Source: Utricularia gibba
Taxonomy: Eukaryota > Plantae > Magnoliophyta
Assembly (NCBI GenBank): GCA_002189035.1
Contig: NEEC01000035.1
Span: 1 to 64,000 of the forward strand
Length of the DNA: 64,000 nucleotides
Reading direction: 5' to 3'
Shown: piece after piece, positions 14,601-26,699 of the stretch
How positions within the stretch are numbered: position 1 is the stretch's first letter
How the letters are laid out: every line of letters starts with the position of its first letter
Notes under the pieces: model-generated
The model's database searches: none
Seen by the model: only the letters and a program-made list of their open reading frames with translations
Told to the model about the DNA's origin: nothing
Position numbers and translations under genes: made by a program

Positions 14601-16224
14601 GGTATGCCGGGCGCAGCATGACTCATCACGGTTTTCAGGATATGGCCGAAATACCGAACGGTGTGCGAGGCCACCATGAGGCTGCGGTAGGGACACACCC
14701 AGAGCTTGTTCAGAGATCGCCTCGAAAACCCATACTTCACGTCACCAATAAAACGCAGATGTTTTGCAAGAAAATCACAATCGCGTCGATTCTCGTTTCC
14801 GAGTCGCATCGTCGCGAACGTGGTGGCCAATTTGTGGCACATCTGAAGGCTAAGATAAGGCGATAATTCGAGCTTGATGCATCCTCGGACGAAGAAGCTT
14901 TCAACACGGAAGCTGACCGGCACGGAAAGGGGTTCGAAACGGTATGCCGGGCGCAGCTGACTCATCACGGTTTTCAGGATATGGCCGAAATACCGAACGG
15001 TGTGCGAGGCCACCATGAGGCTGCGGGTAGGGACACACCCAGAGCTTGTTCAGAGATCGCCTCGAAAACCCATACTTCACGTCACCAATAAAACGCAGAT
15101 CAAGCGAAAATCACAATCGCGTCGATTCTCGTTTCCGAGTCGCATCGTCGCGAACGTGGTGGCCAATTTGTGGCACATCTGAAGGCTAAGATAAGGCGAT
15201 AATTCGAGCTTGATGCATCCTCGGACGAAGAAGCTTTCAACACGGAAGCTGACCGGCACGGAAAGGGGTTCGAAACGGTATGCCGGCGCAGCTGACTCAT
15301 CACGGTTTTCGTACCGAACGGTGTGCGAGGCCACCATGAGGCTGCAGGGACACACCCAGAGCTTGTTCAGAGATCGCCTCGAAAACCCATACTTCACGTC
15401 ATCCAATAAAACGCAGATGTTTTGCAAGGCGAAAATCACAATCGGTCGATTCTCGTGAGTTCGTCGTGGTGGCCAATTTGTGGCACATCTGAAGGCTCGA
15501 TAATTCGAATGCGTTTCAACACGGAAGCTGACCGGCACGGAAAGGGTTCGAAACGGTATGTGGGACACTGAAGCTATTCAGAGATCGCGAAAGGCAGATG
15601 TTTTGCTTCGATGCCGAGTCGCATCGTCGCGAACGACACATCTGAAGGCTCGATAATTCGAATGCATCGGACGAAGCTGTGACCGGCACGGAAAGGGGTT
15701 CGAAACGGTATGCCGGGCGCAGCATGACTCATCACGGTTTTCAGGATATGGCCGAAATACCGAACGGTGTGCGAGGCCACCATGAGGCTGCGGTAGGGAG
15801 CTAGAGATCGCCTCGAAAACCCATACTTCACGCAGCTCACAATATTCAGATCGTCGCGAACGTCCAATTTGTGGCACATCGAAAACGATAATTCGAGCAT
15901 GCATCCTCGGACGAAGAAGCTCAACACGGAAGCTGACCGGCACGGAAAGGGTTCGAAACGGTATGCCGTGACTCATCACGGTTTTCAGGATATGGCCGAA
16001 ATACCGAACGGTGTGCGAGGCCACCATGAGGCTGCGGTTTGTTCAGAGATCGCCTCGAAAACCCATACTTCACGTGCAGCTTCTCGTTCTCCCGAGTCGC
16101 ATCGTCGCGAACGTGGTGGCCAATTTGTGGCACATCTGAAGGCTAAGATAAGGCGATAATTCGAGCTTTGATGCATCCTCGGACGAAGAAGCTTTCAACA
16201 CGGAAGCTGACCGGCACGGAAAGG

Positions 16225-16234
16225 GGTTCGAAAC
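16225..16234 (+). promoter_or_regulatory. Pol III B-box-like motif GGTTCGAAAC (one per monomer; function unsupported)
   Basis: Matches the GGTTCGANNC part of the B-box consensus. There is no convincing A-box upstream and no tRNA cloverleaf. Confidence 0.15.
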
Positions 16235-16251
16235 GGTATGCCGGGCGCAGC

Positions 16252-16260
16252 ATGACTCAT
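16252..16260. promoter_or_regulatory. AP-1/GCN4-type site ATGACTCAT (one per monomer; function unsupported)
   Basis: Exact optimal bZIP AP-1 site in A copies. The A/T/G polymorphism at the first base leaves the TGACTCA core intact. Confidence 0.12.
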
Positions 16261-19200
16261 CACGGTTTTCAGGATATGGCCGAAATACCGAACGGTGTGC
16301 GAGGCCACCATGAGGCTGCGGTAGGACACACCCAGAGCTTGTTCAGAGATCGCCTCGAAAACCCATACTTCACGTCATCCAATAAAACGCAGATGTTTTG
16401 CAAGGCGAAAATCACAATCGCGTCGATTCTCGTGTTCCGAGTCGCATCGTCGCGAACGTGGTGGCCAATTTGTGGCACATCTGAAGGCTAAGATAAGGCG
16501 ATAATTCGAGCTTTGATGCATCCTCGGACGAAGAAGCTTTCAACACGGAAGCTGACCGGCACGGAAAGGGGTTCGAAACGGTATGCCGGGCGCAGCATGA
16601 CTCATCACGGTTTTCAGGATATGGCCGAAATACCGAACGGTGTGCGAGGCCACCATGAGGCTGCAGGTAGGGACACACCCAGAGCTTGTTCAGAGATCGC
16701 CTCGAAAACCCATACTTCACGTCATCCAATAAAACGCAGATGTTTTGCAACCGAAAATCACAATCGCGTCGATTCTCGTGTTCCGAGTCGCATCGTCGCG
16801 AACGTGGTGGCCAATTTGTGGCACATCTGAAGGCTAAGATAAGGCGATAATTCGAGCTTTGATGCATCCTCGGACGAAGAAGCTTTCAACACGGAAGCTG
16901 ACCGGCACGGAAAGGGGTTCGAAACGGTATGCCGGGCGCAGCATGACTCATCACGGTTTTCAGGATATGGCCGAAATACCGAACGGTGTGCGAGGCCACC
17001 ATGAGGCTGCAGTAGGGACACACCCAGAGCTTGTTCAGAGATCGCCTCGAAAACCCATACTTCACGTCATCCAATAAAACGCAGATGTTTTGCAAGGCGA
17101 AAATCACAATCGCGTCGATTCTCGTTTCCGAGTCGCATCGTCGCGAACGTGGTGGCCAATTTGTGGCACATCTGAAGGCTAAGATAAGGCGATAATTCGA
17201 GCTTTGATGCATCCTCGGACGAAGAAGCTTTCAACACGGAAGCTGACCGGCACGGAAAGGGGTTCGAAACGGTATGCCGGGCGCAGCATGACTCATCACG
17301 GTTTTCAGGATATGGCCGAAATACCGAACGGTGTGCGAGGCCACCATGAGGCTGCAGTAGGGACACACCCAGAGCTTGTTCAGAGATCGCCTCGAAAACC
17401 CATACTTCACGTCATCCAATAAAACGCAGATGTTTTGCAAGGCGAAAATCACAATCGGTCGATTCTCGTTTCCGAGTCGCATCGTCGCGAACGTGGTGGC
17501 CAATTTGTGGCACATCTGAAGGCTAAGATAAGGCGATAATTCGAGCTTTGATGCATCCTCGGACGAAGAAGCTTTCAACACGGAAGCTGACCGGCACGGA
17601 AAGGGGTTCGAAACGGTATGCCGGGCGCAGCATGACTCATCACGGTTTTCAGGATATGGCCGAAATACCGAACGGTGTGCGAGGCCACCATGAGGCTGCG
17701 GTAGGACACACCCAGAGCTTGTTCAGAGATCGCCTCGAAAACCCATACTTCACGTCATCCAATAAAACGCAGATGTTTGCAAGGCGAAAATCACAATCGC
17801 GTCGATTCTCGTGTTCCGAGTCGCATCGTCGCGAACGTGGTGGCCAATTTGTGGCACATCTAAGGCTAAGATAAGGCGATAATTCGAGCTTTGATGCATC
17901 CTCGGACGAAGAAGCTTTCAACACGGAAGCTGACCGGCACGGAAAGGGGTTCGAAACGGTATGCCGGGCGCAGCATGACTCATCACGGTTTTCAGGATAT
18001 GGCCGAAATACCGAACGGTGTGCGAGGCCACCATGAGGCTTAGGGAGAGCTTGTTCAGAGATCGCCTCGAAAACCCATACTTCACGGAAATAAAACACGC
18101 TAAGATGGCGGTTCAAAACGGAAATGAAACCCGGGCGCAGCTGACTCATCACGGTTTTCAGGATATGGCCGAAATACCGAACGGTGTGCGAGGCCACCAT
18201 GAGGCTGCAGTAGGGACACACCCAGAGCTTGTTCAGAGATCGCCTCGAAAACCCATACTTCACGTCATCCAATAAAACGCAGATGTTTTGCAATTCGAAC
18301 GGTTGGTGGCCAATTTGTGGCACATCTAAGGCTAAGATAAGGCGATAATTCGAGCTTTGATGCATCCTCGGACGAAGAAGCTTTCAACACGGAAGCTGAC
18401 CGGCACGGAAAGGGGTTCGAAACGGTATGCCGGGCGCAGCATGACTCATCACGGTTTTCAGGATATGGCCGAAATACCGAACGGTGTGCGAGGCCACCAT
18501 GAGGCTGCAGGTAGGGACACACCAGAGCTTGTTCAGAGATCGCCTCGAAAACCCATACTTCACGTCATCCAATAAAACGCAGATGTTTTGCAAGGCGAAA
18601 ATCACAATCGCGTCGATTCTCGTGTTCCGAGTCGCATCGTCGCGAACGTGGTGGCCAATTTGTGGCACATCTGAAGGCTAAGATAAGGCGATAATTCGAG
18701 CTTTGATGCATCCTCGGACGAAGAAGCTTTCAACACGGAAGCTGACCGGCACGGAAAGGGGTTCGAAACGGTATGCCGGGCGCAGCTTGACTCATCACGG
18801 TTTTCAGGATATGGCCGAAATACCGAACGGTGTGCGAGGCCACCATGAGGCTGCAGTAGGGACACACCCAGAGCTTGTTCAGAGATCGCCTCGAAAACCC
18901 ATACTTCACGTCATCCAATAAAACGCAGATGTTTGCAAGGCGAAAATCACAATCGGGTCGATTCTCGTGTTCCGAGTCGCATCGTCGCGAACGTGGTGGC
19001 CAATTTGTGGCACATCTGAAGGCTAAGATAAGGCGATAATTCGAGCTTTGATGCATCCTCGGACGAAGAAGCTTTCAACACGGAAGCTGACCGGCACGGA
19101 AAGGGGTTCGAAACGGTATGCCGGGCGCAGCATGACTCATCACGGTTTTCAGGATATGGCCGAAATACCGAACGGTGTGCGAGGCCACCATGAGGCTGCG

Positions 19201-22200
19201 GGTAGGACGAGCTAGAGATCGCCTCGAAAACCCATACTTCACGTCACCAATAAAACGCAGCTCGATAGTCGCATCGTCGCGAATTTGCGAAAACCGAATG
19301 CATCCTCGGACGAAGAAGCTTTCAACACGGAAGCTGACCGGCACGGAAAGGGGTTCGAAACGGTATGCCGGGCGCAGCATGACTCATCACGGTTTTCAGG
19401 ATATGGCCGAAATACCGGTGTGCGAGGCCACCATGAGGCTGTTACAAAATACTTCACAGAGCTGAAATAACGTAATACATCTGAAGGCTAAGATAAGGCG
19501 ATAATTCGAGCTTTGATGCATCCTCGGACGAAGAAGCTTTCAACACGGAAGCTGACCGGCACGGAAAGGGGTTCGAAACGGTATGCCGGGCGCAGCATGA
19601 CTCATCACGGTTTTCAGGATATGGCCGAAATACCGAACGGTGTGCGAGGCCACCATGAGGCTGCGTAGGTAGAGGCGGGCGATTCGGGTGAAACGAACGT
19701 CGAGGCCAATTTGTTTTATTGGCACGAAATTGTGTGTTTCTAAGGCACTCGATAAAACGCCAATTTGTGGCACATCGAAGGGCGGAATGCGGACGATTTC
19801 AACACGGAAGCTGACCGGCACGGAAAGGGGTTCGAAACGGTATGCCGGGCGCAGCATGACTCATCACGGTTTTCAGGATATGGCCGAAATACCGAACGGT
19901 GTGCGAGGCCACCATGAGGCTGCAGTAGGGACACACCCAGGCCTTCAAGATCGCCTCGAAAACCCATATGCAACGTCATTAAAAATGTTTTGCAAATTGT
20001 TCACAATCGCGTCGAGTCGTCCGAGTCGCATCGTCGCGAACGTGGTGGCCAATTTGTGGCACATCTGAAGGCTAAGATAAGGCGATAATTCGAGCTCATC
20101 CTCGGACGAAGAAGCTTTCAACACGGAAGCTGACTTCGAAACGGTATGCCGGGCGCAGCTTGACGGTTTTCAGGATATGGCCGAAATACCGAACGGTGTG
20201 TGAGGCTTTTGTTCAGAGATCAAGGCCATTCAAAATAATTCGCCCGATGATGCATCCTCGGACGCGGAAGCTTTCGAAACAATCGGTTTTCCCGAAATAC
20301 CGAACGGTGTGCGAGGCCACCATGAGGCTGCAGTTAGCGAGTCGCACGTCGCGAAAATGGCCAATTTCACATCTGATAATTATAATTCGAGCTTGATGCA
20401 TCCTCGGGTCGAAGCGCAACAACGTGGTGGCCAATTTGTGGCACATCTGAAGGCCGGAGCTCGGATCGTTCGAAACGGTATGCCGGGCGCAGCATGACTC
20501 ATCACGTTTTCAGGATATGGCCGAAATACCGAAAGGCCACCAGATGTTTAGGCCACACACCAGAGCTTGTTCAGAGATCGCCTCGTCCATTTCACGTCAA
20601 TCCAATAAAACCGCAGACCATGAGGCTTTAAGGCGAAAATCACAGCGCTTCTCGTCAGTCGCATCGAACGTGGTGGCCAATTTGTGGCACATCTGAAGGC
20701 TAAGATAAGGCGATAATTCGAGCTTTGATGCATCTTCAACACGGAAGCTGACCGGCACGGAAAGGGGTTCCAATAAAACGCAGATGTTGAGGCTGCATAG
20801 GGAACACACCCCTAACGAGCGCCTGCCTACGACTTCTGAAGTACACCGGCTGTTCAGAAAAAATCGAACCCATATTTCATCATTTTCAGATGGCCGAAGG
20901 AAAAACGGTGTGCGAGGCCTGATAAATAATTCACACCGAGCATTCATCGCTTTCAACACAAGCTGACCGGCACGGAATGTTTTGCGGTATGCCGGGCGCA
21001 GCGTGACTCATCACGGTTTTCATATTACCGAACGGTGTGGAGGCCACCATGAGGCTGCGGGTAGGGACACAGAGCTTGTTCAGAGATCGCCTCGAAAACC
21101 CATACTTCACGTCACCCAATAAAACAGATGTTTTGCAAGTCGAAAATCACAATCGCGTCGATTCTCGTGTTCCGAGTCGCATCGTCGCGAACGTGGTGGC
21201 CAATTTGTGGCACATCTGAAGGCTAAGGCGATAATTCGAGCGATGCATACCGAGCTTTCTGCAAGGACGAAGGCTTTCATACGGACCGGCACTGAAAATA
21301 TGCGCGCAGCATGACATCACGTTTTCAGGATATGGCCGAAATACCGAACGGTGTGCGAGGCCCCGAGGCTGCATCGTAAACACACCCAGAGCTTGATTCA
21401 GAGATCGCTTCGAAAACCCATACTTCACGTCACGAAGAAACGCAATGTTTTGCGGCACTCACAATAAGTTCTCGTAATTCCGAGGCTCGCGAGCTTTGCA
21501 TCCTCGGACGAACGGAAGCTGGGCACGGAAAGGGGTTCGAAACGCCAACTCATCACGGTGTGAAATACCGAACAGGCCACCATGAGGCTGAAGAGCTAGA
21601 GATCGCCTCGAAGGCGATAATTCGAAAGATGCGCCTCGGACGAGAATGCTCCTTCAACACGGAAGCTGACCGGCATTTATGCCGTTGACTTTTCATATAG
21701 GCCGGAAGTCGCATCGTCGCGAAAATTTGTGGCACATCTGAAGGCCCGAGCGATGCATCCTCGGACTGTTTCGAAACCTCGACGAAATTGTTGAGGCTGC
21801 CATACTCGAAAACCGGCAGATGTTTTGCAAGGAAAGAAATCGTCGCGAACGTCACAATCGAAGGCTCGATCGAGCATGCATCCTCGGATCATTTCGTCCG
21901 CGCAACGTGGTGGCCGAATTTGTTTCTAAGGCTAAGATTCGATAATCGTCGTGAATTTGATCCTCCTCGATGCATCCTTGCTTTCAACACGGAAGCTGAC
22001 CGGCACGGAATTCGAAACGGTAAACTCAACGCCGGAAAACCGAAACTACGGTATTCGGACGAGTGTTGTTTTCAGCGAGGCTTCGAACGGTCGTGGTGGC
22101 CAATTTGTGGCACATCTGAAGGCCCGAGCATGCAGGCGATCAATTTCGAAACGGTAATGACTCATCAACCGAAATACCGAACGGTGTTGAGGCTGCAGTT

Positions 22201-23499
22201 TGTTTCAAAACGGCAGATCAATCACAATCGCGTCGATTCTCGTGTTCCGAGTCGCATCGTCGCGAACGTGGTGGCCAATTTGTGGCACATCTGAAGGCTA
22301 AGATAAGGCGATAATTCGAGCTTTGATGCGGATCAATGATCGAAACGCTGACTGGTTTTCAGGATATGGCCGAAATACCGAACGGTGTGCGAGGCCACCA
22401 TGAGGCTGCACACGAGAGAGATCGCCTCGGGGAAAGAAAATGCAAGTCGCATCGTCGCCGACGAAAACCTTTTGTCTGCTCGGATAAGAAATGAGGCTTC
22501 GCTCGAGTGATCGAGAAAACCGCAAGTCGAGAGCTCGTGCTTTCGAAAATTGGCACGCTCTCAATAGTATGAGCGGAAATCGTCGTAATAGAAGGCTAAG
22601 ATAATCGAGCTTTGATGCGGACGAAGAAGCTGGAAGCTGACCGGCACGGAAAGGGGTTCGAAACGGTATGCAGCATTGACTCATCACGGTTTTCAGGATA
22701 AGGCCAATCACAATCGAAGTCGCATCGTTGCGAGGCCGACCATGGGTGCATCTGAACGACTTGTTCTTCGAACGGAGTCATCACAATAAAACGACATGAA
22801 GGCTAAGATAAGGCGATCGAGCTTTGCGGTCCTTGGCTCGACGGATCTGACGTTCCGGGGTCGTCGAAAAGATACATCATCGATAATTCGAGCTTGATGC
22901 AGGATGGAAGCTGACCGGCACGGAAATTCGAAACGGTATGCCGGGCGCAGCACGACTCATCACGGTTTTCAGGATATGGCAGAAATACCGAACGGTGTGC
23001 GAGGCCACCATGAGGCTGCATAGGGACACAGCAGCTTGTTCAGAGATCGCGTCGGTCAGCCTCGTCGCGAAATGGCCAATTTGTGGCACATCTGAAGGCT
23101 AAGATAAGGCGATAATTCGAGCTTGATGCATCCTCGGACGAAGAAGCTTTCAACACGGAAGCTGACCGGCACGGAAAGGGGTTCGAAACGGTATGCCGGG
23201 CGCAGCATGACTCATCACGGTTTTCAGGATATGGCGAAATACCGAACGGTGTGCGAGGCCACCATGAGGCTGCGTAGGGACACACCAGAGCTTGTTCAGA
23301 GATCGCCTCGAAAACCCATACTTCACGTCATCCAATAAAACGCAGATGTTTTGCAAGGCGAAAATCACAATCGCGTCGATTCTCGTGTTCCGAGTCGCAT
23401 CGTCGCGAACGTGGTGGCCAATTTGTGGCACATCTGAAGGCTAAGATATAATTCGAGCTTTGATGCATCCTCGGACGAAGAAGCTTTCGGAAGCTCTTC

Positions 23500-25500
23500 G
23501 AAACGGTATGCATCCTCGGACGAAGATGCTTTCAGGATATTCGAAACGGTATGCCGAAATACCACGGTGTGCGAGGCCACCATGAGGCTGCGGGTAGGAC
23601 ACACCAGAGCTTGTTCAGAGATCGCCTCGAAAACCCATACTTCACGTCAGCAGATGAAGGAAAATCGCGTCGAGAGAACGTGGTGGCCAATTTGTGGCAC
23701 ATCTGAAAGGCGATAATTCGAATGCATCCTCGGACGAAGATGCTTTCAACACGGAAGCTTTCGAAACGGTATGCTCGACAGGATGTTTTGTTCAGAGATC
23801 GCCTCGAAAACCCATACTTCACGTCACCAATAAAACGCAGATGTTTTGCAAGCGAAAATCACAATCGCGTCGATTCTCGTGTTCCGAGTCGCATCGTCGC
23901 GAACGTGGTGGCCAATTTGTGGCACATCTGAAGGCTAAGGCGATAAGGCGATGCAACGCGGAGCTTTCGAAACGGTATGCAGCGTGACTCATCTTTTCAG
24001 GATATGCCGACCGAACGGTGTGCGAGGCCAGCTTTCAGAGATAAAACCCATACTTCACGGAGATGTTTTGCTCACAATCGCGTCGATTCTCGTGTTCCGA
24101 GTCGCATCGTCGCGAACGTGGTGGCCAATTTGTGGCACATCTGAAGGCTAATATAAGGCGATAATTCGAGCTCTGATGCATCCTCGGACGAAGATGCTTT
24201 CAACACGGAAGCTGACCGGCACGGAAAGGGGTTCGAAACGGTATGCCGGCGCATGACGGTTTTCAGGATATCAGAACGGTGTGCGAGGCCACCATGAGGC
24301 TGCGGGTATTGTTCAGAGATAAAACCCATACTTCACGTCATCCAATAAAACGCAGATGTTTTGCAAGCGAAAATCACAATCGCGTCGATTCTCGTGTTCC
24401 GAGTCGCATCGTCGCGAACGTGGTGGCCAATTTGTGGCACATCTGAAGGCTAATATAAGGCGATAATTCGAGCTCTGATGCATCCTCGGACGAAGATGCT
24501 TTCAACACGGAAGCTGACCGGCACGGAAAGGGGTTCGAAACGGTATGCCGGCGCAGCGTGACTCATCACGCCTCGAAAACCATGAATACGGAGTCATCCA
24601 ATAAAACGCAGATGTTTTGCAAGGCGAAAATCACAATCGCGTCGATTCTCGTGTTCCGAGTCGCGATCGTCGAAGGCGGCGATAATTCGAGCTCTGATGC
24701 ATCCTCGGACGAAGATGCTTTCAACACGGAAGCTGACCGGCACGGAAAGGGGTTCGAAACGGTATGCCGGGCGCAGCGTGACTCAGCACGGCTGTTGAAA
24801 TATAAAACCGTCAGCTATGCATCAGGAAGAAGCTCTTCGATAATTCGAGCTCTGATGCATCCTCGGACGAAGATGCTTTCATGACCGGCACGGAAAGGGT
24901 TCGAAACGGTATGTGAGCAGGATGAGAAAACCATGAGGCATTTTCAGAGATATGGCAATAAAACGCGTCGAACGGTTGGTGGCCAATTTGTGGCACATCT
25001 GAAGGCTAATATAAGGCGACGAATGCATCCTCGGACGAAGATGCGGAAGCTGACCGGCACGGAAAGGGGTTCGAAACCCGTGAGCTTGTTCATCACGGAA
25101 AACCCATACTTCACGTCAGCAGATAAAAAATTCGCGTCGATGTGTTCCGAGTCGCATCGTCGCGAACGTGGTGGCCAATTTGTGGCACATCTGAAGGCTA
25201 AGGCGATAATTCGAGCTCTGATGCATCCTCGGACGAAGAGCTTTCAACACGGAAGCTGACCGGCACGGAAAGGGTTCGATATGCTGACTCATCACGGGAC
25301 CGCTGAAGTTGGAGAGGACCGGCAGATGGCCGAAAGCGGAAGGTAATCACGAAGGCCATAATTCGAGCTCTGATGATCATGCGGTTTTCAGACTCATGGC
25401 AAATACCGAACGGTGTGCGAGGCCACCATGAGGCTGCGGGTAGGGAACACCCATACTTCACGTCAGCAGCTTCATATCGTTCGAAAACCCGAACATCCTC
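23500..25500 (+). repeat. Island of B-type monomers inside the A domain
   Basis: gaagaTgct at about 23522, 23737, 24192, 24492 and 24714; ctaaTataagg at about 24148, 24449 and 25005; gagctCtg and gcagcGtg in the same copies. Confidence 0.6.
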
Positions 25501-26699
25501 GGACGCTTTCATGTTCGAAACGGTATGCTGGTTTTCAGCAGAAATCACTCAGGAATGGCCTTCGTCGAAAAACGTGGTGGCCAATACATCTGAAAAGGCC
25601 CGATAATAATTTCGATAAGAGGCGAAGAACGCTGAAGTTCAGAGATCGCTACTTCACGTCACCGCCATGAAAAAAAAGCGGCGAGCATGCAACGCGGAAG
25701 CTTTCTCCGTGACGGCCGAAATTCTGAGGCTGCGCGAAGTACCGTCGCAGCAAGAGAACGCATAGAATACATCTGAAGGCTAACGATAATTCGAGCATGC
25801 AACGAAGCTTGGAAGCTTTCGAAACGGTATGCTGACTCATCACGGTTTTCACCGAAGAACAACCCATACGGAAAGGCACAAGAAGCGTCGATGCCGAGTT
25901 CGTCGCGAGTGACAACCAATTTTGCTCGAAGAGAAGTCGCATAACGTGGTGGCGACATCTGAAGGCTACGAGAGCTCTGATGGGACGAAGAAGCTTTCAA
26001 CTGACCGGCACGCGAAACGCTTGACTTGTTGTTTACGAAAGGCAGCTTCGAAGTCGCATCGTCGCGAACGTGGTGGCCAATTTGTGGCACATCTGAAGGC
26101 TAAGATAAGGCGATCTGATGCAGGCTGCTGAACCGATATGTGACTCGAGCCCTGTTGTTTCTAGGCAGATAAGAAAAAAATTTGTGGCACATCTGAAGGC
26201 TCGATAATTCGAGCATGCGGATTTCTGACGGCACGGAAAGGGGTTCGAAACGGTATGCCGTCGACGGCATCTTTCAGAGATCGGAAAGGCCATGAAATAA
26301 AATAGATCCCTCAGGACTTTCATTTTAATCGCCTTCATAGGCTTGGCCTGAACGTAAACGATCGGAAAGTGTTCTCGACTCTTTTACGGGGCCATCGAAA
26401 AACCCAATTTCACATCTGATAATTATAATTCGAGCTTGATGCATCCTCGGACGGAAGCTTTCAACACGGAAGCTGACCGGCACGGATGTTCGAAACGGTA
26501 TGCCGGGCGCAGCTTGACTTCGATGAGGCTTTTCAGGATAAAGGCCTCACCGAAGAAAACGCCCCATGGCTGTGTACAAACGCACTTGTTCAGTCCGGAA
26601 AGTCGCAGCTCGCAAATTTCACACATCTGAAGGCTAACGACGAATAATCATTCTCTTTCAACGAGGCTCTTTGGACGGAAAGGCACGAAAGAAAAACGT

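Larger units (their letters stand above)
16141..16485 (+). repeat. Reference A-type monomer (345 bp here, 347 with full homopolymers)
   Basis: Diagnostic alleles: ctaaGataagg, gagctTtgatg, gaagaAgctt (HindIII site), gcagcAtgac, catcACGGTTTTCAGGATATGGCCGAAATACCg, gtcaTccaat. Hand count: G95 C86 A93 T71. Confidence 0.95.
2449..23450 (+). repeat. A-type monomer domain (homogeneous where clean)
   Basis: Clean copies at 2.45-5.6, 12.3-15.0 and 16.1-19.2 kb carry A alleles almost exclusively. The boundaries are approximate because of noisy stretches. Confidence 0.85.

Noticed and set aside
16200-16260. tRNA or 5S rRNA tandem genes
   Set aside because: Only a T-loop-like GGTTCGAA is present. There is no cloverleaf, D-arm or recognisable 5S sequence.
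16227-16264. Minus-strand hammerhead (GTGATGAGTC followed by a hairpin)
   Set aside because: C3 is G, and the stem is followed by CGTTTC instead of the essential GAAA.
16381-16386. AATAAA poly(A) signal and, in type B, a TATAAG TATA-like box
   Set aside because: These are short motifs expected by chance. AATAAA lies inside, not after, the only long + ORF, and there is no supporting gene structure.
16141-16485. Synthetic polylinker-like origin (HindIII, NsiI, BstBI, NruI, MscI, SacI sites)
   Set aside because: About 5-6 six-base palindromes per 347 bp is what chance predicts, and there are no vector or adapter motifs.
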